Shown: piece after piece, positions 10,701-18,928 of the stretch
Numbering within the stretch: position 1 is the first letter of the stretch
Layout of the letters: every line of letters begins with the position of its first letter
Origin: Citrobacter portucalensis
GTDB taxonomy: Bacteria > Pseudomonadota > Gammaproteobacteria > Enterobacterales > Enterobacteriaceae
NCBI RefSeq assembly: GCF_002042885.1
Contig: NZ_MVFY01000002.1
Span: 478,995-510,994, forward strand
DNA length: 32,000 nucleotides
Reading direction: 5' to 3'
Notes under the pieces: generated by a model
Database searches by the model: none
What the model was told of the DNA's origin: nothing
What the model saw: only the letters and a program-made list of their open reading frames with translations
Program-made: the position numbers and the translations under genes

Positions 10701-11323
10701 TTCCATTTTGATAATCTTAAATAAGCATTTGCGCCTGCGCGTAAATAATCTCGCCAATACTCAACGCCTGCACCCATACGTGCGTGATGACGACTTAAAT
10801 CGTAGTCATAAAATAAGTTTGCGCCCAGCATTGAATTATCCGCCGTGAAGTAGCGATAACCCATACCGATATTAGTTTGGGTTCTGTCATCGGTACGGTG
10901 AAGCGATGTCTGGCTAAATAAAACATGCTGCTTTGTATCAACCCACGGATAAAGGAAATCGAACGCCGAATCTTTCAACGAGAAAGCGTCATCGACGTTG
11001 AGTTGAATACGCGCATTACCGTACTTCTGTAGCCACTCTACCACCTCCTTCGTTGCCTGTGCTGAGACGGTATTGGCAGCAAAACTGCCCGCATGGCCGT
11101 TTTCAATGCTTCTGCCAGCCTGCGCGGCGAGAGAAGACAGACCGCGCAGTTCTTGCTGTTCTGCGGTGGCCTGCGATGCCTTAACGGCTGACGCATGGCT
11201 GATGGTTGGCGTGAAGCTAAGAAGGGCAGGATACAGAGCCTGCAAAGCGATTGTTGACCATGCGACAACCTTATTAACGGGGCCTGTTGCCCCATTGCTC
11301 CGCGAAATTTTCTTATTTGACAT
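7781..11323 (-). CDS. Inverse autotransporter (intimin/invasin-like) adhesin with multiple Ig-like (Big_1-type) repeats
   Basis: Signal-like N-terminus; beta-barrel region with DTKQHVLFSQTSLHRTDDRTQTNIGMGYRYFTADNSMLGANLFYDYDLSRHHARMGAGVEYW; repeated TVTLKDTNGNPLTG/LTDRYGNPLSGYTV modules. ATG at 11323 preceded by GGAG; the track's 11341 start is TTG. Confidence 0.92.
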   Translation of the reverse strand: MSNKKISRSNGATGPVNKVVAWSTIALQALYPALLSFTPTISHASAVKASQATAEQQELRGLSSLAAQAGRSIENGHAGSFAANTVSAQATKEVVEWLQKYGNARIQLNVDDAFSLKDSAFDFLYPWVDTKQHVLFSQTSLHRTDDRTQTNIGMGYRYFTADNSMLGANLFYDYDLSRHHARMGAGVEYWRDYLRAGANAYLRLSKWKDSHDLDDYQERPADGWDIYTQGWLPSYPQLGASLKYEKYYGKNVGLFGSDHLQENPYAFTGGISYTPVPLVTLSAEHKQGQSNTHDSRFGIEINYRPGIPLAKQLDSDNVALMREVQHGRYDFVERNNNIVLEYRKKSVLKIRLPESVQGEGGAVIPVTISLDKSHWGIQSVEWNDSAFTAAGGRISGSGTSWQLTLPAYTPGGTNHWQIGATARDVKGNVSNYAVMNVTVTGSSASVGTMDFTLNGEQQPIIAADGKSQHPVTLVLKDTNGNPLTGLAHDIELSLAFTPDAQRNRERSAQAPKLGEVQETRSGVYTATLTPGLTAGTARITAKVLGKTETLTVKLKAVSAEAAKSTFTVMPMEQVVGHPISLALEAKDKDGNAITGDDSLRFYAVSASGEVRFTAVEEKDGVYSAKATSELAQATRIGVTSQKHDFSGLEKQANWIADKTQPVVQAFNLTRDNALADGKQSNVAVVTLTDRYGNPLSGYTVTLALPPQVKIANGENVVKTDAKGEARFSLTSSTPGTYDITLSAGNISSSLSVTFASAMEGATLSLTAKDNGAITNIAANGRDGATLEIMLNNTAASVEGQKVELIVTPQGLVYPDKITTNKDGYATVTLTTVKAGHYTVNARVTDGQHSVESSSVGLEFVPDINSAVLNLTAPSESIVANASAAHEIQVQVVDGENNPFSGDVHLTSSPASGLKLGQSELTLDEKGMASTTFIAAEAGHYQLQATFIKEGKRVTASKAIEVVSDLQNAALTIEPSTTSAVVSDVDNVAFTLHLTDTSGNGVSNRKLKITATGPSPRDPLVIDNTLVTTNGSGTATVNVHGNKAGRYTLTATLAEHGSNVSANASITLNADAQNPVLTLEQDPGYAVANLEPVGFMARLQDKFGNPLNGSVEFSAGSKAKPGSGTFTMTPDKTNFKLGNAYSELRTDTAGVSWVRAKATTGDKTLEKVLTVWVVENHQPNS

Positions 11324-11698
11324 TTGTAACTCCAATATCAATTAAAAAAATCAAAGGTTATTCCATGTACTGAACGGGATGCGTAATATATGTATTTAGT
11401 AGGAAAATTCAAGAGTTGTTCATGGAGAAGTTAACTGGATATTTTTACACTATGCGGCATTGTGGGCTGGCTAACGATGTCGAACGTTTAAATGACGAAT
11501 GTATTTAATAAATACGTTTATTTTTATCGTGACGATTTTAAGCCTGTAGGGATATTATTTAACCATGGTCGTTCACTGTTAAATAAAAAGAGTTATCATG
11601 AAATTAATCTGCCTGTTCGTATTCAGCTATCATCACGTTCTCCGGATTTAAGTCTGGAACGTGTCAACGCTTTCAGGACGGGGCAAAGAGCATAAAAA

Positions 11699-11720
11699 AG
11701 CCCGCATAAGCGGGCTTTTA
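11699..11720. terminator. Rho-independent terminator-like hairpin flanked by A- and T-tracts
   Basis: AAAAAAGCCCGC ATAA GCGGGCTTTTA; arms 11699-11705 and 11710-11716. Confidence 0.7.
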
Positions 11721-11843
11721 TGTCACTCGGGAGCCGCGGCTCCTTTGCGTATCTTTTTTGTCTCCTCACCGTCTGGTCGGTGTCCAACTGAGACTGCTAA
11801 CTTCCTGTTATTGCTAGTGCTGTCCTGGCACTATCCAATCATG

Positions 11844-11867
11844 TTTGGTGGGCTGGCGGAGTCTGAA
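11844..11867. repeat. Candidate left att site (degenerate match to ssrA 3' end)
   Basis: TTTGGTGG-GCTGGCGG-AGTCTGAA against TTTGGTGGAGCTGGCGGGAGT-TGAA at the ssrA 3' end from 23018; near but not perfect identity. Confidence 0.45.
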
Positions 11868-11921
11868 TAAAACATTCAACATTTTAAATATTAAGGCTTT
11901 TTCTGTATTCAACTTTCGGTT

Positions 11922-11944
11922 GTGTACCTAAACGTGTACCAATT
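11922..11944. repeat. Copy 1 of 23-bp terminal repeat GTGTACCTAAACGTGTACCAATT (candidate integrase arm site)
   Basis: Identical to 22887-22909. Confidence 0.85.
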
Positions 11945-12443
11945 AAAAGATCTCAGGTTCAGCAACCTTGCTCCAGCGGAGTCTACTAATAGACTTGAAT
12001 TTTGCTATGCCTAGCTGATTTCGCTCATTTCTAGACTTTGATCCCGGAGCTTGAAGAGCTGCGACTACTACATCTCGTGATGCTTCATACATGGCAAAAG
12101 CATCATAATTTTCATCAAGCAAAACTAAAAGAACAGAATCAAATGGCTTAGATATATCAATAGCACCAATTCTCGCAGAAACTTTTTTACGATCAGGCAT
12201 GTATCGACCTTTGATTTGAACTCTATGCTCTTTCCCGTCCAAAAGCTCAGTTGCATCATATCCAGACTGACGTGCTGAACACAGTGATAACCCAAGAAGA
12301 GTTGCAGCCTCATATTCAGCTATTTCTCCAGTGATTCCGAGAGGCTTATTGGTTAATTTGTAATACCTTAGCGCCACATCTTTAGCTTCATTTAGTATGT
12401 TTAAAATTTTTTCATGGTTTTCTTGAAGCAAAATAGTCCCCAT
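11943..12443 (-). CDS. Hypothetical protein with PD-(D/E)XK-like nuclease signature
   Basis: 166 aa; ITGEIAEYEAATLLG...GYDATELLDGKEHRVQIKGR (E, D, QxK arrangement). Purine-rich AGAGGGA upstream of ATG 12443. Confidence 0.6.
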   Translation of the reverse strand: MGTILLQENHEKILNILNEAKDVALRYYKLTNKPLGITGEIAEYEAATLLGLSLCSARQSGYDATELLDGKEHRVQIKGRYMPDRKKVSARIGAIDISKPFDSVLLVLLDENYDAFAMYEASRDVVVAALQAPGSKSRNERNQLGIAKFKSISRLRWSKVAEPEIF

Positions 12444-12570
12444 AAAATTCCCTCTGGCTTAACACGTTACGAATTAATGTGCTGTCTTGGTTAGGCTTTC
12501 AGCTAACTTGGATCTTTCCATAGAGTATGGAGAGCTACATCATACTCAAAAATAGTTTTTTTGCATTTAA

Positions 12571-12845
12571 CTGTTCACACTGTTCACCACGCTGATTTCC
12601 TATTTTAAATCATACAGATAAATGGTGATGAGTTGGTGAAGAGTGAACAGTCGACTCTTCACCTTTGTGATTTTTGCTCGTTCTGGATCTGCCCGGTCGG
12701 GCGATGTGAGGGGTGATAAAAAGTTTTTTCAGGTTTTACTGTTCACACTGTTCATCTCTGGTTTTTTATCAATAATTTCATGGTGATACAGGGTGAATAT
12801 ACGGTGAAGGGTGAACAGTGGATTGTTCACCTTGTGGCAATGACC
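12571..12845. promoter_or_regulatory. Iteron-rich region, candidate cis replication region (crr) downstream of alpha
   Basis: Repeated CTGTTCAC / GTGAACAG motifs in both orientations (e.g. 12570-12590, 12641-12650, 12739-12755, 12811-12830), adjacent to the alpha 3' end. Confidence 0.6.
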
Positions 12846-12883
12846 AGAAAGGAAAAGACCGGCTGTTGCCGGTCTGAGTGAGG

Positions 12884-15217
12884 TTATGTTGCTGCGGGGT
12901 CGTCGCACTTCGGCAGCCAGTCGCCGTAGCTTTCCTCTTTCAGCGACAGATTGGTTTGTATCCCCTGCTTGGTGTGTCGCTTCTCATAATTCAGGCCGTA
13001 CTCTTTCAGCATCATGGGTAGCCCCAGCCCGAACATTTTCAGGCTGAGCACGTTCCTGTACCCGTTAGCCTCCATATACGTCAGATACGCGTGATAAAGA
13101 TATTTACGGTAATTACGTGGGATAATACTGGCATTACCCATAAACATCCCGTTGGTCTGCGGGAGCATTTCCAGATAGCCGCAAAAATCAAATGTCGGGT
13201 CAGCATCGCGCTTGATGCTGAGCGCCTCGTCGGAGTTCTGCTGCGACTGGAGCAGTGCGCGGGCGTTCATCGGATCGCTGAACTTCTGCATAAGCTGGCG
13301 CACAATGACGGCCAGCTCGCGCGCAATTTTATCCCTGAGCTGCGGGTCGCGTTCCTCCGGGGCAATCTGTTCCGGGAAGTGAATAATCACCCGGCGGCGC
13401 GACACACCGCCGCTGCGGTCGGTGAAGCGCATCGGGTTATTGTTCACGGCCAGAATCACCGCCGGAATATGTGTTGAGTAGGGGTTCTGGTATTTCGGGT
13501 CAACCGAGACCGCATCGCCGCCGGTGATGGCCTTAAGCCCTGCGCCGTCACCGCTCCATTTTTCCTGGTCAGGCAGACGGATTAGCGAGAAGCCAATCAG
13601 GGAGGCACGCTTGCGCGGGTCTTCCAGTGTGTCGATATCGGCTGACGTGGCGTTATCTTCCCCGGCGAGCAGGGTCGCGATTTCAGCCAGAATACTTTTG
13701 CCGCTCCCGCCGGGACCGGTGACTTCGAGAAAGAGCTGCCAGTCGTAACGGTTCGCCAGCACCATAAACAGCGCAGCCAGAATCACGTCACGTTTTTGGG
13801 GATTTTTACCGGCCGCACGGTCGAGCCAGCGCCAGAAGTTCGGCGCGTGAGTCTCCAGCGTTTCCCCCTCCACCGGCGGGGTAAAATCCACATCACACAG
13901 CGTGCGCAGCCAGTGCGATTTGTGGTGCGGGCTGAATACGCCGCTTTGGGTATCAAGTACCCCGTTGCGAAAGCCAATCAGACGACGTGCCGGTGTATCC
14001 TGCTGCTGAATAATCAGTTTCAGGGTCTCCACCACCGAGGCAATTTTCCCGGACGAGAACGGGGCGCGCAGACGCTGGAATAAGTCAGCCACATTTCGTG
14101 AGAAAGTGGCGGCAGGGATATTTTTCCAGATGCCGTTTTCATAGCGGGACAGGAGCTGGCCGTTCGCATCCACCGCCAGCGCTTCGCCGTAATGCTCATG
14201 CACCCGCAAGGCCTTGTCGCTGGCGCTCATGGCGGTAAATTCCGCCTCGCTCATGGTGTCGAACGGACTTTGCGCCGGTGGCCGGATAGCGTCATAAATG
14301 GCTTTCCGGGTGGCTTCTTCACCTTTCTGCATAAACGCATCATTCCAGTCACCGAACACCGGCGGCAGGGCAACAATGCCCTCACAGGCATTTGCGGCCG
14401 CAGCGGCTTTACTCTGGCCATCGCCGTTCAGGTCACGGTCGGCGGCGAGCACAATCTGACAGGCCGGATATTTCTGACGGGCAAGGCTCGCCAGAGAAAG
14501 GAGGTTTACCGACGACAGCGCCACCATGACGGTTTCCCCGGTCAGGTGATGCACGGTGAGCGCGGTCGCATACCCCTCCGCAATCCACAGGCGTTTTCCG
14601 GCCTGTTTTTTCCCTTCGATGATATGACATGCCCCTTTGACCTGACCGCCTTTCAGGGTGCGTTTGAGACCGTCTGCATTGATAAGCTGAAGGTTAACCA
14701 GTGCGCCGGTATCATCATACAGCGGGACAACCACATCACCGGCGCGGAACGTCACGCCGCCGGTTTTATGTATGGCGGTGAGCGTCAGACATTCCAGAGC
14801 GGGGAAACCCTTGCAGGTGAGGTAGGCATTGCCGGTGGCCGGTCGGGTTTTCTCCATGAGCCTGACGGCCAGCGCGGTCGCCGCTTTGCGGTCGGCCTCC
14901 GTTTCAGCCTCTGCGGCCGCAATCACTTCCGGGGCAACCGGCGGCAGGTTGCCGGTCACGGCGTTTATCTTTCCGGCAGCCTCTGACGGGGTTACGCCAA
15001 ACACTTTCTCTACCAGCTTAAGCCCGTCACCTGCGCCACACTGATTGCAGAACCACGTCCCGCGCCCTTCTTTATCGTCAAAGCGGAAACGGTCAGAGCC
15101 GCCACACACCGGACAGGCCTGATGGCGGTTTTTAATCACCTTCACACCCAGCGCAGGGAGAATGTGCGGCCAGTGGCCGTACGCCTGTTTTACCGTTTCT
15201 GTTACGTTCATTTTCAT
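12884..15217 (-). CDS. P4 alpha-type primase/helicase replication protein
   Basis: CPVCGGSDRFRFDDKEGRGTWFCNQCGAGDG zinc-binding primase N-terminus, Toprim-like region, helicase Walker A GPGGSGKS. ATG 15217 preceded by GGGAG. Confidence 0.95.
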   Translation of the reverse strand: MKMNVTETVKQAYGHWPHILPALGVKVIKNRHQACPVCGGSDRFRFDDKEGRGTWFCNQCGAGDGLKLVEKVFGVTPSEAAGKINAVTGNLPPVAPEVIAAAEAETEADRKAATALAVRLMEKTRPATGNAYLTCKGFPALECLTLTAIHKTGGVTFRAGDVVVPLYDDTGALVNLQLINADGLKRTLKGGQVKGACHIIEGKKQAGKRLWIAEGYATALTVHHLTGETVMVALSSVNLLSLASLARQKYPACQIVLAADRDLNGDGQSKAAAAANACEGIVALPPVFGDWNDAFMQKGEEATRKAIYDAIRPPAQSPFDTMSEAEFTAMSASDKALRVHEHYGEALAVDANGQLLSRYENGIWKNIPAATFSRNVADLFQRLRAPFSSGKIASVVETLKLIIQQQDTPARRLIGFRNGVLDTQSGVFSPHHKSHWLRTLCDVDFTPPVEGETLETHAPNFWRWLDRAAGKNPQKRDVILAALFMVLANRYDWQLFLEVTGPGGSGKSILAEIATLLAGEDNATSADIDTLEDPRKRASLIGFSLIRLPDQEKWSGDGAGLKAITGGDAVSVDPKYQNPYSTHIPAVILAVNNNPMRFTDRSGGVSRRRVIIHFPEQIAPEERDPQLRDKIARELAVIVRQLMQKFSDPMNARALLQSQQNSDEALSIKRDADPTFDFCGYLEMLPQTNGMFMGNASIIPRNYRKYLYHAYLTYMEANGYRNVLSLKMFGLGLPMMLKEYGLNYEKRHTKQGIQTNLSLKEESYGDWLPKCDDPAAT

Positions 15218-15231
15218 TGTTGTTTTCTCCC

Positions 15232-15552
15232 TCAGTGCAGTACCTGCGACGTGATATGACGGGCGCAAAGCTCATCCATCACGGCCAGCCCGAGAAAGGA
15301 CAGCGACGGGGCGGCTTTCAGTGGTCCGGCTTCCATTAAATCTTCCAGCAGGGCACAGGCAATCTGACGGCCTTTTTCCTCGCCGTGCTGGCGCAGGTAG
15401 AAGCCCTCCAGCTCGGCGGCAATGGCGCTTTCCAGTGCATCAAGGGTGAGGTGCGGATAGCGGTGCTGGCGTTCGCACAGGGTCAGCCAGGCACAGGCCA
15501 CGGCGCGACGATACAGCGCGGCGCGTAATACAGGCGGTAATGGGTTTTTCAT
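15232..15552 (-). CDS. P4 ORF106/Cnr-like protein (probable copy-number regulator)
   Basis: 106 aa; position immediately upstream of alpha matches the P4 arrangement; [39 protein letters not shown]. Confidence 0.65.
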   Translation of the reverse strand: MKNPLPPVLRAALYRRAVACAWLTLCERQHRYPHLTLDALESAIAAELEGFYLRQHGEEKGRQIACALLEDLMEAGPLKAAPSLSFLGLAVMDELCARHITSQVLH

Positions 15553-15776
15553 ACATTGCCCTCCCCGGTCAGCCAGTGCTGATTGCAGCGTTCGACCACG
15601 CCATCGAGCTGGGCGGTCATGAGGTAAATCACGGAGGTGAGCTGTAACTGCTGCGCAGGGTCACGACGAACGGTGGCGCAGTCCTGTACCTGCATCAGAT
15701 CGCCGACGAGCTGGCCGACATTGCGCATATGCTCCAGACATTCGAGGTCACGGGCGGTAATGGTGGTGTGTCTCAT
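15549..15776 (-). CDS. Conserved small P4-like satellite protein, unknown function
   Basis: 75 aa; overlaps start of the downstream 15232-15552 CDS by 4 bp; same operon. Confidence 0.6.
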   Translation of the reverse strand: MRHTTITARDLECLEHMRNVGQLVGDLMQVQDCATVRRDPAQQLQLTSVIYLMTAQLDGVVERCNQHWLTGEGNV

Positions 15777-16324
15777 GCGCGCTCCTCCGCAACCGGCAGG
15801 CGGCCAGCAAACGAGAGGACGTAATCGCGAACGAGGGAAAGGCGTGCGGCGTGCTCGTCATCGGCAACGGTGCGAAGCATACAGATACGGGGTTTACGGT
15901 CTGCGCGACGAACAGCGGCAAACACAAAGACAAACTGCGGGTGTGACGGGGTGAGGGTCGTAGCCATGATGGCAACCTCCTGTGAATAGCGGTTATTGCC
16001 ACCACCGGAGTTCCTACGCTCATGGGTGGTGACCCGAACGGGGGTAGGAATACCGGCTTCACAGAATACCGGCCAGCCCGAAAGCTGCCCCGCCCGGACC
16101 ACCATTATCTGACAGGGGCTATGGAATAAGCACCACAGCCCGAAAAATGGGTGTGCCTGAGCAACGACGTAAAAAAAGACGCATGGCGCGTCTGTTGTCG
16201 CCTGTGAATTACACGGGTTCCTACGCCCGGCTGCCGATTTTGCGGCAGCGGGAAAACTATACCTGGAAACGGCGAAAAGAAGCAAGCCAGAAAAAGAGGC
16301 TGTTTGCTGAATGGTCATCATCAT
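15773..16324 (-). CDS. Icd-like (host cell division inhibitor-like) P4 family protein; exact start uncertain
   Basis: C-terminal block [58 protein letters not shown] is characteristic of Icd-like ORFs over the P4 immunity region. Confidence 0.6.
   Translation of the reverse strand: MMMTIQQTASFSGLLLFAVSRYSFPAAAKSAAGRRNPCNSQATTDAPCVFFYVVAQAHPFFGLWCLFHSPCQIMVVRAGQLSGWPVFCEAGIPTPVRVTTHERRNSGGGNNRYSQEVAIMATTLTPSHPQFVFVFAAVRRADRKPRICMLRTVADDEHAARLSLVRDYVLSFAGRLPVAEERA
15985..16060 (-). ncRNA. P4 CI / C4-type antisense immunity RNA
   Basis: 7-bp stem CACCACC (16000-16006)/GGTGGTG (16025-16031) presents loop GCGTAGGAACTC; a nearby complementary CCGGTATTCCTACC-type segment lies on the same strand. 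Boundaries approximate. Confidence 0.6.
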
Positions 16325-16587
16325 GCGTCATAGCCCCGGTTGCGTTCGGCGATGCGATCCGCCATCCATGCGGTGATTTCAGACTGCGCCCACGCCACGT
16401 TTTTACCACCGAGGGAGATTTGTTTCGGGAAGGCTTCCCGGCTGATGAGGTCGTAAATGGTCGAGCGGGACAGGCCGCACAGATGCATCACTTCGGGCAG
16501 ACGGATAAAACGCTCGTGAACGGTATCAGAAACCGGCATCAGCGGCACGGCAGGGGCAGAAGACGGGGAAGAAAAAGCGGTGTGCAT
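16321..16587 (-). CDS. AlpA/Vis-like phage transcriptional regulator
   Basis: [54 protein letters not shown] is the canonical AlpA-type HTH. Confidence 0.93.
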   Translation of the reverse strand: MHTAFSSPSSAPAVPLMPVSDTVHERFIRLPEVMHLCGLSRSTIYDLISREAFPKQISLGGKNVAWAQSEITAWMADRIAERNRGYDA

Positions 16588-16726
16588 CGGGCTACCTCAC
16601 AAAGTCCATACAGTGCCGGTCGTGTCCGTCCGGCTTCGGGTAGCTCTCTATTTTGTGAATATTTTCCCTCAGGGCAACAAGTCATTTTGTAGTGCTTTAC
16701 CACACAACAGAACGATTTTTATACAG

Positions 16727-16763
16727 TGGTAATCGTTGGCAATCTTTTGGTAATTGTTGGCAA
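16727..16763. repeat. Two 16-bp near-identical direct repeats at 21-bp period, candidate operator
   Basis: TGGTAATCGTTGGCAA (16727-16742) and TGGTAATTGTTGGCAA (16748-16763). Confidence 0.8.
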
Positions 16764-16855
16764 ACTGATGGCCTATTCATGATTACTTTTATTTATATAT
16801 TTTCACTTTTTAATCGTTAAAAAGTCTAAGTGATTGGCTGACTGAAAAAAGGGAG

Positions 16856-16906
16856 GGTGAACAGTGGTGAACAGACGGTGAACAGTCAGCCCCCTAACTG
16901 TTCACC
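16856..16906. promoter_or_regulatory. Iteron array, candidate P4-type replication origin
   Basis: GGTGAACAGT 16856-16865, GGTGAACAGA 16866-16875, GGTGAACAGT 16877-16886, and inverted ACTGTTCACC 16897-16906. Confidence 0.75.
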
Positions 16907-17037
16907 ACTTATCTTACTGTATTACTTATCTTTTTTCTTAAGTTGAACAGTAGTGAATAGTTAATCGTAAAAAAACAAACAGAGAGAGGGGTTTTCCTGC
17001 GACCTTTCTCTGGCCAGCCGGGTTTTGAAGTCCTGTT

Positions 17038-17055
17038 TGTGCCATGTCTGCTACA
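17038..17055 (+). promoter_or_regulatory. Candidate Ogr/Delta activator binding site upstream of sid
   Basis: TGT-N12-ACA (TGTGCCATGTCTGCTACA), about 85 bp before the sid ATG. Confidence 0.55.
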
Positions 17056-17129
17056 ACCGCAATGAATCGAGTTGTTGTCTGAGGGACGGCAGAATGGCGT
17101 CAGGTTGAAAACACAGAGAGAACCCGACG

Positions 17130-17933
17130 ATGAAACCAGATTTGTTTACCGCAGTAATGAAAACCATCGGCAGCACGCAGGATGAGAAAATCCGCACGGC
17201 CATTGACAGCGCACTGGATACCCTTAACGAGAAAGCAAACCAGAACGCCGAGGTCACGATAAATAACGCTCTTGATGTGTTCAGCAAGGCCAAATCCGCA
17301 CACACGGAAAATATGCTGAAACTGAATGATATTGATGCCGCCATTATCCGCAGCGGGAAAGAGCGTCAGAACGCGCTGAATGAAAGTGCCGAAGCCGAAC
17401 AGAACTGGCGTACCCGTTTTCGCGAACTGCGCGGCATGATGACCCCGGAACTGAAAACCGAACACAGTCAGCGAGTGGCCGGTCGGGAGCTGGCGGAAGA
17501 ATTCACCGCCCTGATTGATGAGCTCAACGATGATAAAGCCAGTACCATGCTGGCCGCCTGTACATCAGGAAAAGAATACGTCAGCGCCCATTCAGAGGCG
17601 CTTTCTGCCCATGCCCGGAATGAGTGGTCGGCGGTCATGAAAGAGATTCCCCCGGCGCTGGTACGCGCTTTTGCGTTACGCCTGCGTGAGCTCGAAATTA
17701 AGGGAGAAGAACACCCTCACAACGTTCTCATTCAGGAGTTGGGTGAGAATGTACTGGCGCAAAGCAGGTTCTACACATTCAACATGGCGCAGGAGCCGGT
17801 AATTTCAATAATTGGGCTTCACCGTCCGGCTCTTACCGGCGTGGACATGAAACTCTATAAAAGCCCTGCTCTCAGAATGGCGCGGGCTAAAGAGCTGGCG
17901 CAGAAGAAAAAATCACAGGGGGTTAAGCCATGA
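17130..17933 (+). CDS. sid: Sid-like capsid size determination protein
   Basis: NWRTRFRELRGMMTPELKTEHSQRVAGRELAEEF matches recalled P4 Sid (DDWRTAFRAAGGVLSDELKQRHIERVARRELVQEY); followed by delta/ogr and psu. Confidence 0.85.
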   Translation: MKPDLFTAVMKTIGSTQDEKIRTAIDSALDTLNEKANQNAEVTINNALDVFSKAKSAHTENMLKLNDIDAAIIRSGKERQNALNESAEAEQNWRTRFRELRGMMTPELKTEHSQRVAGRELAEEFTALIDELNDDKASTMLAACTSGKEYVSAHSEALSAHARNEWSAVMKEIPPALVRAFALRLRELEIKGEEHPHNVLIQELGENVLAQSRFYTFNMAQEPVISIIGLHRPALTGVDMKLYKSPALRMARAKELAQKKKSQGVKP

Positions 17934-18172
17934 TGCGCTGCCCGTACTGCAAACAGGCTGCCCATGTCCGTACCAGTCGCTACCTGTCGGATAACGTCAA
18001 ACAGAGCTACCTCCAGTGCGTGAATGTCTTTTGCTCCACGACCTTTCGCACCATCGAGTCTATTGACGAGGTGATACGGCCACCGGCAGAAGAAAAGCCC
18101 GAACCACCACAGACGGTATCAGAAACACCGACCCGAATTCTGGACTGCGCCCGCTCATCGCTGCGCCACTGA
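17930..18172 (+). CDS. Delta/Ogr-like zinc-finger late transcription activator (single module)
   Basis: MMRCPYCKQAAHVRTSRYLSDNVKQSYLQCVNVFCSTTF: CxxC...CxxxxC Ogr signature; 4-bp overlap with sid. Confidence 0.93.
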   Translation: MMRCPYCKQAAHVRTSRYLSDNVKQSYLQCVNVFCSTTFRTIESIDEVIRPPAEEKPEPPQTVSETPTRILDCARSSLRH

Positions 18173-18188
18173 TTCAGGAGAAAAGAAA

Positions 18189-18764
18189 ATGGCACGAGCA
18201 CTACTGGAACAGGCCTTTGAAACCTGTCAGAAGAATAAATCGGACTGGATGAGCAGCAAGTCAGCACTGGCGCGGGCTGAAATGGCGCTAAAAGAGCTGG
18301 AGCTGACCTGTACCCGTTATGAACCGGAGGCAGCACAGGCGCTGCGTGATGATATTGACCTGAAAATATGGGCGGTAAATCAGTCGGCCGGGCAGTACAT
18401 CCGGTCGCATGAAGCCGTGCAGCGTATCAGTATCCGTCGTCAGCTCCACGCCTTTATGCAGGTAAGCGGCGACGCACTGGCCGCCGTACTGGCACCAGAA
18501 TTAATGCATCTCAGCGAACAACCTGACATCGTCAGAGAACGGGCTCTCGATCGGGCGGTCGCCAGTGTTCGCGAAGCGCTGTCCGTTCATGTAACCCGCG
18601 GAGGAAATATTGATTACGCAGAGGAAGATCGCGACATTCTGACAACCATCGGTTTCCGGCCTGACAGAGCATCGAGAGACGACAACCGGGCAAAATATAC
18701 GCCTGAACAGAGTCAGATTTTCATACGCCGACAGGCCGCACAGACCCGCAAAAAATCAGCATAA
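18189..18764 (+). CDS. psu: Psu polarity suppression / capsid decoration protein
   Basis: WAVNQSAGQYIRSHEAVQRISIR and DILTTIGFRPDRAS match recalled P4 Psu; GGAG upstream. Confidence 0.95.
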   Translation: MARALLEQAFETCQKNKSDWMSSKSALARAEMALKELELTCTRYEPEAAQALRDDIDLKIWAVNQSAGQYIRSHEAVQRISIRRQLHAFMQVSGDALAAVLAPELMHLSEQPDIVRERALDRAVASVREALSVHVTRGGNIDYAEEDRDILTTIGFRPDRASRDDNRAKYTPEQSQIFIRRQAAQTRKKSA

Positions 18765-18928
18765 AACACCCCGAAAATACCCGTCTTTTTAATAAAAATA
18801 GCCATGCATGCCTACGCTGCATGGCTTTGCATGCAAAAACCTGAATTTTCCACACCCTGCCGCACCAGTACTGGCGCGGCCTGAGCCCCTTCATGCTCCT
18901 GCATTAAAAACGCCCCAGGAAGCGGGCA

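Noticed and set aside
11943-12443. Restriction-modification system
   Set aside because: No methyltransferase motif in neighbouring ORFs, so only a nuclease-like call can be supported.
14192-14986. 264-aa plus-strand ORF opposite the alpha primase gene
   Set aside because: Lies wholly opposite conserved primase sequence; no motif support.
16147-16692. 181-aa plus-strand ORF across alpA
   Set aside because: Opposite the canonical AlpA HTH and the immunity region; composition is non-protein-like.
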